From Raillietiella orientalis (taxonomy: Eukaryota): a DNA stretch of 64,000 bases. Positions within the stretch are counted from its first letter, which is position 1, and each line of letters starts with the position of its first letter. The translations under genes and the position numbers were made by a program. Below the pieces are notes generated by a model. That model was not told the DNA's origin, ran no database searches, and saw only the letters and a list, made by a program, of their open reading frames with translations. The DNA lies in contig JAYWIR010000005.1 of NCBI GenBank assembly GCA_036172245.1, positions 2,108,001-2,172,000 of the forward strand, given 5' to 3'. Shown one piece after another: positions 63,901-64,000 of the stretch.

Positions 63901-64000
63901 GGAATTCCCAAGGAAGCATCCCGGCCGGAGGACGAGGACGACTTGAGAAGAAGACGTGTGGTTTCCGCCATCTGAGGTGACCCCCCCTGGGAAGAGGAAG
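60950..64000 (+). mobile_element. Cluster of degenerate Penelope-like element segments
   Basis: Two diverged tandem units about 887 bp apart carry RT-thumb/GIY-YIG-like motifs (LIRHVSGAL, REVILALH, SVAF...DLLV...TGLY, THPENIRK). A third, more N-terminal RT piece follows (PSPRR...VLHPIIT for LRPIIS). Confidence 0.5.

Noticed and set aside
1..64000. CRISPR array, operon or prokaryotic defence system
   Set aside because: No regularly spaced repeats or gene-dense ORFs; spliceosomal introns and eukaryotic TEs show this is eukaryotic DNA.

Overview
Eukaryotic genomic DNA, probably from an invertebrate (the SUV3 protein looks arthropod-like). It is not prokaryotic. There is one intact 12-exon gene, the mitochondrial RNA helicase SUV3 (+, 33301-38418, 759 aa, four introns only 43-50 nt). 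It lies head-to-head with a large, apparently pseudogenised multi-exon gene on the minus strand (~21.6-32.2 kb). The window also holds a decayed, intron-containing fidgetin-like AAA ATPase fragment (~41.2-41.5 kb) and the first coding exon of a clarin-family gene (59416-59647). Most of the rest is old transposable-element sequence: many Tx1/L1-clade LINE remnants (one near full length), at least 8 copies of a ~0.6-0.7 kb SINE-like repeat with a doubled tRNA-like head, and remnants of Penelope-like, BEL/Pao, piggyBac, pogo-like and CR1/L2/Jockey-like elements. Main points of interest: (i) a conserved 3'-terminal stem-loop shared by at least 7 LINE copies; (ii) the two-B-box SINE family; (iii) a LINE inserted into a SINE with a 10-bp TSD; (iv) two LINE copies lacking RT; (v) a 60-bp inverted, apparently templated insertion. 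All TE family calls come from manual recognition of degenerate motifs, not database searches.
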